Assembly (NCBI GenBank): GCA_965248535.1
Contig: CBDFJR010000002.1
Coordinates: 1,664,001 to 1,728,000 of the forward strand
Direction of reading: 5' to 3'
Length of the DNA: 64,000 nt
DNA from: Phormidesmis sp.
GTDB lineage: Bacteria > Cyanobacteriota > Cyanobacteriia > Leptolyngbyales > Leptolyngbyaceae
Shown: positions 1-8,755 of the stretch, in pieces
Layout of the letters: each line of letters begins with the position of its first letter
Numbering within the stretch: the first letter of the stretch is position 1
Position numbers and translations under genes: made by a program
The notes under the pieces: model-generated
Seen by the model: the letters and a program-made list of their open reading frames with translations, nothing else
Told to the model about the DNA's origin: nothing
Databases searched by the model: none

Positions 1-490
1 TAAGGGCGTGCCCGGACGGATGGAACAAGTCCAACTCCATTCCCGGCAAGACATCAGCGTGATCGTAGACTATGCTCACACGCCTGATAGTCTAGAAAAT
101 ATGCTCAAGGCAGCTAGACCGTTTATTGCGGGGCAGATGATTTGTGTGTTTGGGTGTGGCGGCGATCGCGATCGCACCAAGCGGCCGCTTATGGGCAAGA
201 TTGCGGCAACGCTGGCCGATCAAGCGATCGTCACTTCTGACAATCCCCGTACCGAAGACCCAGCGAGAATTTTAGCAGATGTCGCTGCCGGAATTCCGGC
301 TGACGTAACGGCGATCGTGATCAGCGATCGGGCAACCGCAATCCGCACTGCCATTTTGCAAGCCAAGCCTGGAGACGGCGTGCTGATTGCAGGCAAAGGA
401 CACGAGGATTATCAGATTTTGGGCACTGAGAAGATTCATTTTGACGATCGAGAACAAGCCAGAGCCGCCCTGATAGAACGACTTAAGTGA
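1..490 (+). CDS. murE: UDP-N-acetylmuramoyl-L-alanyl-D-glutamate--2,6-diaminopimelate ligase, C-terminal part (gene starts before window)
   Basis: Motifs [25 protein letters not shown] (DAP specificity), AGKGHE. Confidence 0.95.
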   Translation, partial: KGVPGRMEQVQLHSRQDISVIVDYAHTPDSLENMLKAARPFIAGQMICVFGCGGDRDRTKRPLMGKIAATLADQAIVTSDNPRTEDPARILADVAAGIPADVTAIVISDRATAIRTAILQAKPGDGVLIAGKGHEDYQILGTEKIHFDDREQARAALIERLK

Positions 491-521
491 TCTTTAACTC
501 CTGTAGTTTTCTGGTTTATTC

Positions 522-1298
522 ATGACTTATTGCCTCGGAATTTTAACGAGTGATGGCTTGGTGATGGCGGCTGACTCGCGCACCAATGCCGGGGTTGACT
601 ACGTTTCGACTCATCAAAAACTGTTTGACTTTTCGCTGCCGGGCGATCGCGTGATTTTGCTTTGCACATCGGGAAATTTGGCGGTGACGCAATCGATTTT
701 GACGCTGTTGCGACGAGATATCAAACTTCAGGAGCCGATCAATCTGCACACGTTGCCCAGCTTCTATGAGATTGCTCAATATATTGGCGACAAGACGCGG
801 CAGATTCAAGAACGAGACCGATCGTGGCTCGAAAAAGATCACATCGACTTTAAATGCACGTTTTTGCTAGGCGGACAGATTCAAGGCGAAGACCCAGAAC
901 TGTATATGCTCTATAGCCAGGGCAACTGCATTCAAGCGTCTAAGGAGACGACGTTTTTGCAGATTGGCGAGGCTAAATATGGCAAACCGATTCTCGATCG
1001 CGTCCTCAATTTCGACACGTCACTAGAAGCGGCGGCAAAATGTGCGCTGCTGTCGATCGATTCCACCATGAAGTCAAATATTTCCGTCGGGCCGCCGATT
1101 AATCTAGTCATGTATGAAGCGGATAGCTTTAAAATTCGCTATGAGTTGCGCCTCGATCGCGGGGCCCCTTATCTGGCTCAGATTCGCAAGTTTTGGGAGG
1201 GCTATCTCAATGAAGCCTTTGAGCGGATGCCCAACATCGATTGGGATCAGGCTCTAAAAGACGATTTGCTTAAAAACTCTCCTCAAGAGAGACCCTGA
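522..1298 (+). CDS. Proteasome-type protease (Anbu, Ntn-hydrolase)
   Basis: N-terminal MTYC with catalytic Thr, DSRTNAGVD, QIGEAKYGKPILDR, STMKSNISVGPP; next to transglutaminase/alpha-E/ATP-grasp genes. Confidence 0.92.
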   Translation: MTYCLGILTSDGLVMAADSRTNAGVDYVSTHQKLFDFSLPGDRVILLCTSGNLAVTQSILTLLRRDIKLQEPINLHTLPSFYEIAQYIGDKTRQIQERDRSWLEKDHIDFKCTFLLGGQIQGEDPELYMLYSQGNCIQASKETTFLQIGEAKYGKPILDRVLNFDTSLEAAAKCALLSIDSTMKSNISVGPPINLVMYEADSFKIRYELRLDRGAPYLAQIRKFWEGYLNEAFERMPNIDWDQALKDDLLKNSPQERP

Positions 1299-2152
1299 AT
1301 CTGAATCTGATAGTCGATCGTAGACTGCACGGCTCCGACTCGGTTAAAGCTGCCAGAGACCGGAGCCGCATAGTGAGACACCGCACTAGCCACGAGCGCA
1401 ATGTGGCGATCGCTAACCGCTAACCCGTGAGTGGGGTCATAGCCTCGCCAGCCTGCCCCCGGCAAATAAACCTCAGCCCAAGCGTGCAGGTCACGATTGT
1501 CTCGGTTTAAATCGCCTTCTTGATAGCCACTGACAAATCTGGCCGCCAGCCCGATCGAGCGACAGACTTCGATAAACAGCACCGTTAAATCTCGACACGA
1601 TCCCAATTTTTCTGACCAGGTGATGCCCGGTGAGAGCGGCTTTCCGGTTTCGCGCACGAGATATTTACAGCTTTCATAGATGCGTTGGTTAAGCGTGCCT
1701 AAAAAGCTCACCGTGTCGCCCGCCACTTCATGACTAATTTCTTGGGCGAGTTGCAGCGCGATCGGGTCAACCGAGGTGGCATAGTTAGCATTTTGTCCGC
1801 TTAGATAGGGCTGAAGCTGCATCAATAGCGAACTGGGATAGTCGATCGCCAGTCGCGCCGCCCAAGGCTCCATCAAATAGTTAAACGGATTCGATTCGTG
1901 AGTCTCAACCTGAGACTGAGCCTGAATGTGCAGTTGCTCGGTTTTTTGGGGCGCAAACCACAGCTTAATCAACGCATTGCCATCTAGGTCAACAAGCTCC
2001 GATCGTGAGATTGGCTCCGGCTTGACTTGCAGCGAGAACAATTTGAGGGTCTGCCAACCATTCGATCGCGGCCGCAACCGCACCAGATGGGGCTGCAACG
2101 TCACAGGCTGACTGTATTGGTAAGTAGTGGTGTGAGAAATCTGATAAAGCAT
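1283..2152 (-). CDS. Transglutaminase-like protein
   Basis: YxIxHxTxYxY N-terminus; GSCRD, ARFVSGY, HAWAEVY, GYDPT triad motifs. Confidence 0.92.
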   Translation of the reverse strand: MLYQISHTTTYQYSQPVTLQPHLVRLRPRSNGWQTLKLFSLQVKPEPISRSELVDLDGNALIKLWFAPQKTEQLHIQAQSQVETHESNPFNYLMEPWAARLAIDYPSSLLMQLQPYLSGQNANYATSVDPIALQLAQEISHEVAGDTVSFLGTLNQRIYESCKYLVRETGKPLSPGITWSEKLGSCRDLTVLFIEVCRSIGLAARFVSGYQEGDLNRDNRDLHAWAEVYLPGAGWRGYDPTHGLAVSDRHIALVASAVSHYAAPVSGSFNRVGAVQSTIDYQIQIQGLS

Positions 2153-2188
2153 TGGGCAGTTTTGAGTTTTAACAAACGACTGGGCTGC

Positions 2189-2289
2189 GGTTAGAAGCTC
2201 TCGCCTCCTGCCCCTTAAAAAGGAGCTTCAAAGTCCCCCTTTTTAAGGGGGATTTAGGGGGATCTCCAAATTGGCAAGAGCTTCTAACC
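2189..2289. repeat. ~100-bp MITE-like intergenic element
   Basis: 17-bp inverted repeats GGTTAGAAGCTCTCGCC (2189-2205) / GGCAAGAGCTTCTAACC (2273-2289), 1 mismatch, around the palindromic core CCCCCTTTTTAAGGGGGATTTAGGGGGATC typical of cyanobacterial dispersed repeats. Confidence 0.65.
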
Positions 2290-2304
2290 ACGCCCTAAAA
2301 AACG

Positions 2305-3261
2305 TTAATGATTCATGGGTTCTAAAGCAAAAAATGTCTCAAAAATATTCTTGCCAACTTCGTTCATTCGACGCTGTAACCCATCCAGAAACTCGTGCAG
2401 CCCAACTAGAACAATCTCATCGATCGTCAGATAATCTAAGTCAGCGCGCAACCGTCCCAGCGTCCGCTCGGCCGGGTTGCTCCAGGTGCCTGCCGGAGTG
2501 CCCGTGATTTCGTGCAGCGATCGCTCGGCCCGCTGAATGCAAAACCGAATCGATCGGGGAAATTCGCGCTCCAACACTAGAAACTGGGCAACCGACATCG
2601 GCGTGATCCGGTGTAGTCCCTGTTTGCGATACATCTCATAGGCACTAGCAGACCTCAGCAACGCCATCCACTGCAAATCGTCAAGCGTGGTGCCAACATC
2701 TTTAACCGATGGCAGCAAAATAAAATATTTCACGTCGAGAATCCGCGTGGTTTTGTCGGCTCGTTCTAAGAGCTTGCCGATTTGCGCGAAATGCCATCCT
2801 TCATTGTGAGTCATAGTCGCGTTGGTGATGCCTGCAAACATATGGCTCGCGAGTTTTACCTCGCTAAAAAAGTCGGGCAATTTAGCGGGTGAATCTATTT
2901 GAGCCGCTTCTTTGACCATGAAATAAAAGGCGTTGACCTGCTGCCACATTTCTGACGAGATGATTTCTCGCACCGATCGGGCATTTTCTCGCGCCGAGTT
3001 GAGACACGACAAAATCGAATTGGAATAATTGCTGTCAAAGGTGAGAAACCGGATCACATTTTCAGCCGTTGCCTCGCCATAGCGCTCTTTAAATAGCGGC
3101 AAATCGCCCGTAGTGAGGACGAGCGGCTCCCATTGTTGAGTCACCCCGATCGGAGAATCCAACAGCAGATTCAAATTGACATCAATAAATCGAGCAATAT
3201 TTTCTGCCCGCTCAATATAGCGGTTTAGCCAGTAAATCGAATCAGCAACACGACTCAGCAT
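2305..3261 (-). CDS. Alpha-E domain protein (DUF403)
   Basis: MLSRVADSIYWLNRYIERAEN, ARENARSVRE, ERAD, FPRS motifs. Confidence 0.93.
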   Translation of the reverse strand: MLSRVADSIYWLNRYIERAENIARFIDVNLNLLLDSPIGVTQQWEPLVLTTGDLPLFKERYGEATAENVIRFLTFDSNYSNSILSCLNSARENARSVREIISSEMWQQVNAFYFMVKEAAQIDSPAKLPDFFSEVKLASHMFAGITNATMTHNEGWHFAQIGKLLERADKTTRILDVKYFILLPSVKDVGTTLDDLQWMALLRSASAYEMYRKQGLHRITPMSVAQFLVLEREFPRSIRFCIQRAERSLHEITGTPAGTWSNPAERTLGRLRADLDYLTIDEIVLVGLHEFLDGLQRRMNEVGKNIFETFFALEPMNH

Positions 3262-3270
3262 AGAGAATTT

Positions 3271-4761
3271 TTATGATTGACCAACAACCCACGTATCTTT
3301 GCTGCCGCCCCCTTGGGAGGAGTTGACCACCAGAGAGCCTTTTTTAAGCGCCACACGAGTCAACCCACCCGGATTCACGTAAATATCTTTGCCGTAGAGC
3401 ACGTAGGGGCGCAGGTCTACATGACAGCCCTCAAACTGGTCGCCAATCAGCGACGGCACGCGAGACAGTGAAAGTGTCGGTTGCGCGATGTAGTTGCGGG
3501 GGTGCGCTTTGATCTTGTCGGCAAACTCGTCTCGCTCTGCCTGAGTGGAATGTGGGCCGATCAACATCCCATAGCCGCCCGACTCGTTGGCGCATTTAAC
3601 CACCAGCGTCTCTAAGTTGGCTAAGACGTGACTCTGCTGCTGCGGCTCCCAGCAAAGATAGGTCGGCACATTGGCTAGAATTGGCTCTTCGCCTAAATAG
3701 TAGCGAATCATCGCCGGGACGAACGCATAAATCACTTTGTCGTCGGCGACCCCGGTTCCTAGAGCGTTAGCCAGCCCGACTCTGCCAGCGCGATAGACTT
3801 CCATCAACCCCGGAACGCCCAAGAGAGAATCAGACCGAAACGCTAGCGGATCGATAAAGTCGTCGTCAATGCGGCGGTAGACCACATCAACTCGCTTGAG
3901 GCCCTTTGTCGTTCGCATTTGCAGATAGCCATCTGAGACGACGAGATCGCGTCCTTCGACGAGTTCGACCCCCATTTGCTGGGCGAGAAACGATTGCTCA
4001 AAATAAGCCGAGTTGTAGATGCCCGGAGTCAGCAGCACCACGGTCGGGTCAGGCAAATGGTGCGGAGCCAGATTCAGCAAGGTTTCCAGCAGGTGACTGG
4101 GATATTCTTCGACAGGCTGAATTTTCATGCGCTCAAAAACGAGCGGCAGCGTGCTTTTCATCACCCGGCGACTTTCTAGCACATAAGAGACTCCTGACGG
4201 GCAGCGCAGATTGTCTTCTAGCACATACCATTCACCGGAGCGATCGCGCACCAAGTCCGTCCCGGTGATGTGGCACCAGATGCCTTCGGGCGGCTTAATG
4301 CCCACACATTGCTTAAAAAAACCCGTTGCCGAATAGATCAACTCTGCCGGGATCACGCCATCACGAAGGATTTTTTGCTCATCGTAAATGTCAGCCAAAA
4401 ATTGATTGAGAGCAGAGATGCGCTGTTTGAGACCTTTTTCTAGCTTTGCCCACTCGTTTGCTGAGACAATGCGAGGAATAATGTCAAACGGAAAAATGCG
4501 CTCGGTGCCTTGGGTGTCGCCGTAGACGTTAAAGGTGACCCCCATCTTAAACAACGCGATTTGAGCCGACTGCTGCCGTCGCTGCAACTCTTCCATGGAC
4601 AGGGAATTGATCCGATCTACAAGCGGAATCGCGTCTGGTCGAGGCTGCCCTTGCTCAATAAACAGTTCATCATAAAAGTCTCCGGGTTCATAATCATGAA
4701 AATTCACAGCCGTCTGCCCATTGAGGTTGACCATTGACTTCTTATCAATAGAGTTGACCAC
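3271..4761 (-). CDS. Circularly permuted type 2 ATP-grasp protein (true start may be ATG 4734 or GTG 4707)
   Basis: [50 protein letters not shown]. Confidence 0.93.
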   Translation of the reverse strand: MVNSIDKKSMVNLNGQTAVNFHDYEPGDFYDELFIEQGQPRPDAIPLVDRINSLSMEELQRRQQSAQIALFKMGVTFNVYGDTQGTERIFPFDIIPRIVSANEWAKLEKGLKQRISALNQFLADIYDEQKILRDGVIPAELIYSATGFFKQCVGIKPPEGIWCHITGTDLVRDRSGEWYVLEDNLRCPSGVSYVLESRRVMKSTLPLVFERMKIQPVEEYPSHLLETLLNLAPHHLPDPTVVLLTPGIYNSAYFEQSFLAQQMGVELVEGRDLVVSDGYLQMRTTKGLKRVDVVYRRIDDDFIDPLAFRSDSLLGVPGLMEVYRAGRVGLANALGTGVADDKVIYAFVPAMIRYYLGEEPILANVPTYLCWEPQQQSHVLANLETLVVKCANESGGYGMLIGPHSTQAERDEFADKIKAHPRNYIAQPTLSLSRVPSLIGDQFEGCHVDLRPYVLYGKDIYVNPGGLTRVALKKGSLVVNSSQGGGSKDTWVVGQS

Positions 4762-4772
4762 GACTTCAAACT

Positions 4773-4786
4773 GTAACTGTAACTAC
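4773..4786 (-). promoter_or_regulatory. Putative NtcA box upstream of the ATP-grasp operon
   Basis: GTA-ACTGTAAC-TAC = GTA-N8-TAC; TATTGA lies 22 nt downstream on the minus strand (imperfect TAN3T). Confidence 0.45.
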
Positions 4787-4904
4787 TTAATCTTGTTTTC
4801 ACAGCAGTGAACAATGTGAAGAAATATAGCGATCGGGGCATTCATCGAGTCATTCGTCGCAGGCCATTGATAGAACAAAAGACAGAGGATGCAGGATCTG
4901 AACT

Positions 4905-5414
4905 ATGGCTTATCAGTGTGATTTAGGAACCGGGCAGCGGCTTTATCTCGAAAACCGAGGCACCCAGACGATCGTTAGGCTAACCAGTGGCAGCGCTCGA
5001 CAGCAGCAGAGTCAGCAGAGCAACTTTGAAACTGGAGAGTGGCAAACCTTGCCCAAAGTCTTTCGCACGGGCACGGGAATCATTTTGCAAATCGAGTCTG
5101 CCCAAAAGCAATCGTTTCTCAGTTTGCAAGCACAACGCATTGGCACCTTAAGCAGTTTGCCTGACATGACGGGTGCAGAGGTGCTGTCGCTCCAGTCTAC
5201 TGAGGCGATCGCGTCGTCGTTTAAGCCGATGGAGCCAATGCAGCCAATGCAGCCAATGCAACCAATGCAGCCGATGCAGATGACAATGGGCACAATGCAC
5301 ATGCAGATGAGCAGTCCCCAGAGCGCCCAGCGCTTTTGTTCTCAGTGTGGAGAATCGGTGAGAGAGAGCGATCGCTTCTGCTCTCACTGCGGCACCCAAT
5401 TATCAACTAGTTAA
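4905..5414 (+). CDS. Zinc-ribbon domain protein with (PMQ)n Met-rich linker
   Basis: C-terminal FCSQCG...RFCSHCG; 9-bp tandem repeats at ~5226-5280. Confidence 0.8.
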   Translation: MAYQCDLGTGQRLYLENRGTQTIVRLTSGSARQQQSQQSNFETGEWQTLPKVFRTGTGIILQIESAQKQSFLSLQAQRIGTLSSLPDMTGAEVLSLQSTEAIASSFKPMEPMQPMQPMQPMQPMQMTMGTMHMQMSSPQSAQRFCSQCGESVRESDRFCSHCGTQLSTS

Positions 5415-5526
5415 CCTATTGCCGAGGTGACGAGCTGTTAAATAGTGGATGTAATTCTCTTTTTAGATGCGGTCGCCAAACGGCCAAAACCAACGATCGT
5501 GAACCTTCTGTGATTTTAGCTGCTGC

Positions 5527-5600
5527 GCATAACGTTCCCGATCACCGGACACAGACAAACGATAACTTAAATTCGTTCCGGTGCAGCGGGGTTGTTCGGC
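5527..5600 (-). other. attC-like recombination site of the GNAT cassette (74 bp)
   Basis: Minus strand GCCGAAC-aacccc-GCTGCACCGGA...TCCGGTGATC-gggaac-GTTATGC: R'', L''/L' pairing with an extrahelical base, and R'; 21 bp after the GNAT stop. Confidence 0.82.
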
Positions 5601-5621
5601 GGCTGTTGATTGGCTGGAGGT

Positions 5622-6137
5622 TCACTTTGTTTTAGCCTGTAAGAGCAGTTTCATCAGATGCTCATCATAAAATTGACCTTGATTAGAAAAAGCTTCATGT
5701 TCTGTCCCGTAAATGCAGAACCCCAGCGATTTGTAAAGTTGGATGGCAGCGTCTTGGACTGTGACGACCGTGAGATGTATCCTACGCAAGCTAGTATCTC
5801 GTTGAGCACGCACGAGGACTTCGGTTGCCAGTGCTCGTGCGAGACCACGCCGCCGAAAGTCAGGTCTAACATAGAGTCCAGCAATAAAACCACGATGCTT
5901 TTCATTCGCTTCTTCAAAACGTGAAAAGCGGATGGTGCCGACAAGAATTTCAGCCGAAAAAGCTCCAAGAATATATGTATCTTCAGATTCTTGGAGACGT
6001 AAAGCCATTGCTTCGAGTGCGAGCTTTTCTTCCTTTTCGGCTAGGGTGCCGAATGCAGGTGGTTGCTCACGCAATGCAGCCAAACGGAGTACTCGATATT
6101 CTTTTACGTCTGCGGGTGCAAGTGTTCGTATTGTCAT
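5622..6137 (-). CDS. GNAT family N-acetyltransferase (gene cassette)
   Basis: LYVRPDFRRRGLA acetyl-CoA motif, AIQLYKSLGF; bounded by core site GTTCGGC (6189-6183) and attC. Confidence 0.9.
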   Translation of the reverse strand: MTIRTLAPADVKEYRVLRLAALREQPPAFGTLAEKEEKLALEAMALRLQESEDTYILGAFSAEILVGTIRFSRFEEANEKHRGFIAGLYVRPDFRRRGLARALATEVLVRAQRDTSLRRIHLTVVTVQDAAIQLYKSLGFCIYGTEHEAFSNQGQFYDEHLMKLLLQAKTK

Positions 6138-6182
6138 ACCCTGCCCTAAATTATATCAAACATGACAATACTGTGCGTAGCA

Positions 6183-6285
6183 GCCGAACTATTGGATATA
6201 CGGAAACTTTCCGTATATCTCCCTAATTTGAGCAGATACCCCGAAGCTTTCCGTATATAGCCCCTCACTTTTCATCAGATATCTT
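6183..6285 (-). other. attI-like site 1: core GTTCGGC plus repeated palindromic boxes
   Basis: Core exactly complements R'' GCCGAAC of the downstream attC; perfect IR GATATACGGAAA-C-TTTCCGTATATC (6195-6219) and a degenerate copy 40 bp away (6235-6258). Confidence 0.55.
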
Positions 6286-6348
6286 AGAGCAACGATCGCC
6301 CCCTCTCTTCCCAAAACCCGATCGCTTCCTTCTCTTCAAAATTCAGCC

Positions 6349-6377
6349 TTCCAAAAAACAAAAAACTCTTGTACAAT
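6349..6377 (+). promoter_or_regulatory. Putative sigma70-type promoter of unit copy 1
   Basis: TTCCAA-N17-TACAAT, identical spacing in copy 3 (63232-63204). Confidence 0.6.
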
Positions 6378-6384
6378 ACACCGC

Positions 6385-6611
6385 AGTGATGGAGTTGTGC
6401 CCCGAAGTCTGATGTGGCTATCAGACTCCGAGGACTTCCATCCCTAGTTACTACCGATAACTCAGGAGGCGTTCATGATTGTACACCGTCAGCTTTGCTA
6501 TGGGATCTTGAAAGGCTGGAATCAAGATCCTGCATACAGTTTTCCCCTCAACCGAATTTCTGAGCTATCAGAGTTTTTGTCCTCTTTGAATTAATCGAGA
6601 GGACAAAAAAC
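6385..6611 (+). promoter_or_regulatory. Conserved structured RNA leader (four hairpins), copy 1
   Basis: Stems AGTCTGAT/ATCAGACT, AGTTA/TAACT, GGATCTTGA/TCAAGATCC, TTTTTGTCCTCT/AGAGGACAAAAA conserved across three copies; loops of the first two vary. Confidence 0.65.
6475..6594 (+). CDS. Unannotated 39-aa leader ORF (MIVHRQLCYGILKGWNQDPAYSFPLNRISELSEFLSSLN)
   Basis: AGGAGG 5 nt before ATG; same start, length and stop in all three copies. Confidence 0.55.
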   Translation: MIVHRQLCYGILKGWNQDPAYSFPLNRISELSEFLSSLN

Positions 6612-6983
6612 ATGGCAGTTAGGACGATCGTGCCTAGCTCGATTTCGTTCACCATTGAGTTACGTTGCTCAATCGAAAAGCGTTATCGGGTGAGTGTGAC
6701 TTTGGATTTGCAAGAGCGTTATCTCTTTGTGTCGTCTGGCATTGTTTCGGATGTTAGCGACTGCATTGAAGAGTTCGTGTCTCAACTGAGTGAAATTTCA
6801 TCCAATCAACTAGCATTGCTGAAATGGGATGGCACGAGTGATTTGACGACCGAGTATCAGATTGTTCGAGTGTTGCCCGGTTATCAAGTAGAACGATCGC
6901 TTGTGAAGTTCAACATTGTTCTGGGCGATGGTTCATTAATTCAAGTAGAGGAATTGCACAACAAAACGACGATTCAACTGTGA
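6612..6983 (+). CDS. Conserved hypothetical 123-aa protein, copy 1
   Basis: Three intact paralogs (115/123 identical to copy 2 and 107/123 to copy 3 by manual alignment), many synonymous changes, GAGGA RBS. Confidence 0.85.
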   Translation: MAVRTIVPSSISFTIELRCSIEKRYRVSVTLDLQERYLFVSSGIVSDVSDCIEEFVSQLSEISSNQLALLKWDGTSDLTTEYQIVRVLPGYQVERSLVKFNIVLGDGSLIQVEELHNKTTIQL

Positions 6984-7342
6984 TTAGGGTTGGGGAGCCG
7001 TCGATTATCTTTTGGGAATCTGTGCAGCCAGCGATCGGGCAACTTCTCGGTCTAGGTCTAATTCAAACTCTGATATTCCCCATTTTGGCGGCTCTCTAAC
7101 TCTGTAAATCTTTAGGGAATAAAGCGATCGTGTCTCCTTTAGGGCGCTAGATAATTCACCCTCTGTTGCGAAATGCCCGCAAATGGCACAAATTTTTAGG
7201 AATCAGAACACTAAGACTCATTCAGGTTGAGTCTGCTGGTGTTAAATGCCCTTGCCAAGGGTGGCTTGACCGATATCTCAATAATTCGACCCTCAGATGG
7301 ATGGTAGCTTGTGCTCTCAACGTCCATGACCATAACGGTTAG

Positions 7343-8071
7343 TCGCCTCAAGGGGTAGCGTTTCCTCTGTTTTGGCATCTATTAGACAAGCGGGGTAACT
7401 CGAACACGCAAGAGCGCTTTGATCAGTGGGTCGAGTTTTTGTGCGTCTTTGCACCCGAAGACATCGCTTTTTTGACCGCAGACCGAGAGTTTATTGGCAC
7501 CCAATGGTTTGCCTTGCTAATGGCAGAGCCTGTGACTCGCTTTCGCATCCGTATTCGCGAGTCGGAGTTCCTGTTTGATGGGCAGCAATCGCTTAAAACC
7601 ACGATTGTGTTTCAAGATTTGCAGCCTCATCAATCCAAGGTGCTGTCACGCAAACGACGGCTTTGGGGGCATTGGCTTTACTTGGCAGGATTACGACTCG
7701 AAGACGGGTCGTTGCTGGTGGTTGCCACGAACCATGAACCCTCCACTGCCATTGCTGACTATGCTCTGCGTTGGGGCATCGAAACCTTGTTTGGCTGCTT
7801 GAAAACTCGTGGCTTTTGCTTGGAGGCAACCCACCTTAAAGACCAGGAACGGCTCAAGAAGCTCATCGCTCTCTTAACCTTGGCATTTTGCTGGGCGCAT
7901 CGGGTTGGCGAATGGGTGGTGGAACGTCAGCCCATTCAAATCAAAAAGCATGGACGCAACGCCAGGAGCATCTTTCGTACCGGGTTAGATCACCTCCGCC
8001 AGATTTTACTCAACCTCGATACTCGTCAAGCGCAGTTTGTCCAAGTTCTAAAACTTTTGTCCTGTACTTAG
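7343..8071 (+). pseudogene. 5'-truncated IS4-family transposase remnant
   Basis: ADREFIG and YALRWGIETLFGCLK (YREK signature); ends ...LLSCT*; frame opens only after a stop at 7340. Confidence 0.85.
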
Positions 8072-8108
8072 AACCTGGATACGGTCGGCTCCAATGCGAT
8101 CGTTAGCT
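8072..8108 (-). other. Half attC site (R'' and L''), truncated at the IS4 end
   Basis: Minus strand CCAGCTAAC-gatcgcATTGGAGCCGAC; CCAGCTAAC is the exact complement of the cassette start GTTAGCTGG (8941-8933). Confidence 0.65.
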
Positions 8109-8212
8109 GGAGGACGCACTGCTCTCTCCCCAATCCCATCTGACAGGTAACCTCGTGGGCAGTGTCGGAAGGTAGATTGCTGTCTAAGCGTTTTTGAGTA
8201 CCACAAACAACC

Positions 8213-8755
8213 TTATTTTGCGATTTCTAGTTCGACAGATCGGTAGAACTCTTTCACATGTTTAGGCGACTGAAGATGATATACTCGCTTGCTTTCCTTA
8301 GCTTTAGTCACGTATTCTCGATACTTTGGAGTGAGCTTCTTATTGCACAGCCAAACCGTATAATAACTGTTTAGCGTACCCTTCAAGAGCGGACTATTCT
8401 TGGGCCAGTTTTCTGGTGGAACTAGAAAGCCCTTCATGAATCGCTTCGTTACCCACCAATAGTGCTGGAGAACTGGCATATCCAAATAAACTAAGGTGTC
8501 TGCAACCTCCAGTCGTTCCCATACCGTATCCAACGATCCATATCCATCAATTATCCATTGGTCTTGCTGGAGGAGTTGATCATGAGCAGCTTTATAGTCT
8601 TCGTAGGGAACTTCGCTACCGCCAGGTTTATACTTCAGAAGGTCTAAAGCAACCATAGGCAAACCTGTCATTTCTGTTAAACGTTTGCTGAGCGTAGACT
8701 TCCCGCCTCCAGCATTACCAAATACAGCAATTTTATTCACGGTCATCTCCTTCAT
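8213..8755 (-). CDS. P-loop adenylate-kinase-like / topology-modulation (FlaR-like) protein (gene cassette)
   Basis: GNAGGGKST Walker A, WIIDG, ADTLVYLD; lies between two attC-derived sites. Confidence 0.8.
   Translation of the reverse strand: MKEMTVNKIAVFGNAGGGKSTLSKRLTEMTGLPMVALDLLKYKPGGSEVPYEDYKAAHDQLLQQDQWIIDGYGSLDTVWERLEVADTLVYLDMPVLQHYWWVTKRFMKGFLVPPENWPKNSPLLKGTLNSYYTVWLCNKKLTPKYREYVTKAKESKRVYHLQSPKHVKEFYRSVELEIAK

Larger units (their letters stand above)
6292..7005 (+). repeat. Dispersed ~700-bp unit, copy 1 (promoter, structured leader, 39-aa ORF, 123-aa ORF)
   Basis: Clear similarity to 11577-11656 + 12917-13560 and to the reverse complement of 62575-63260. Confidence 0.95.

Noticed and set aside
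6384..6445. Fluoride (crcB) riboswitch suggested by GTGATGGAGTT
   Set aside because: The rest of the consensus and pseudoknot partner are not evident, and the downstream gene is not a recognisable fluoride-related gene
6370..6485. Long-range stem TGTACAAT/ATTGTACA enclosing the leader
   Set aside because: The 5' arm is the predicted -10 element and would not be transcribed; it could still be a DNA-level repeat
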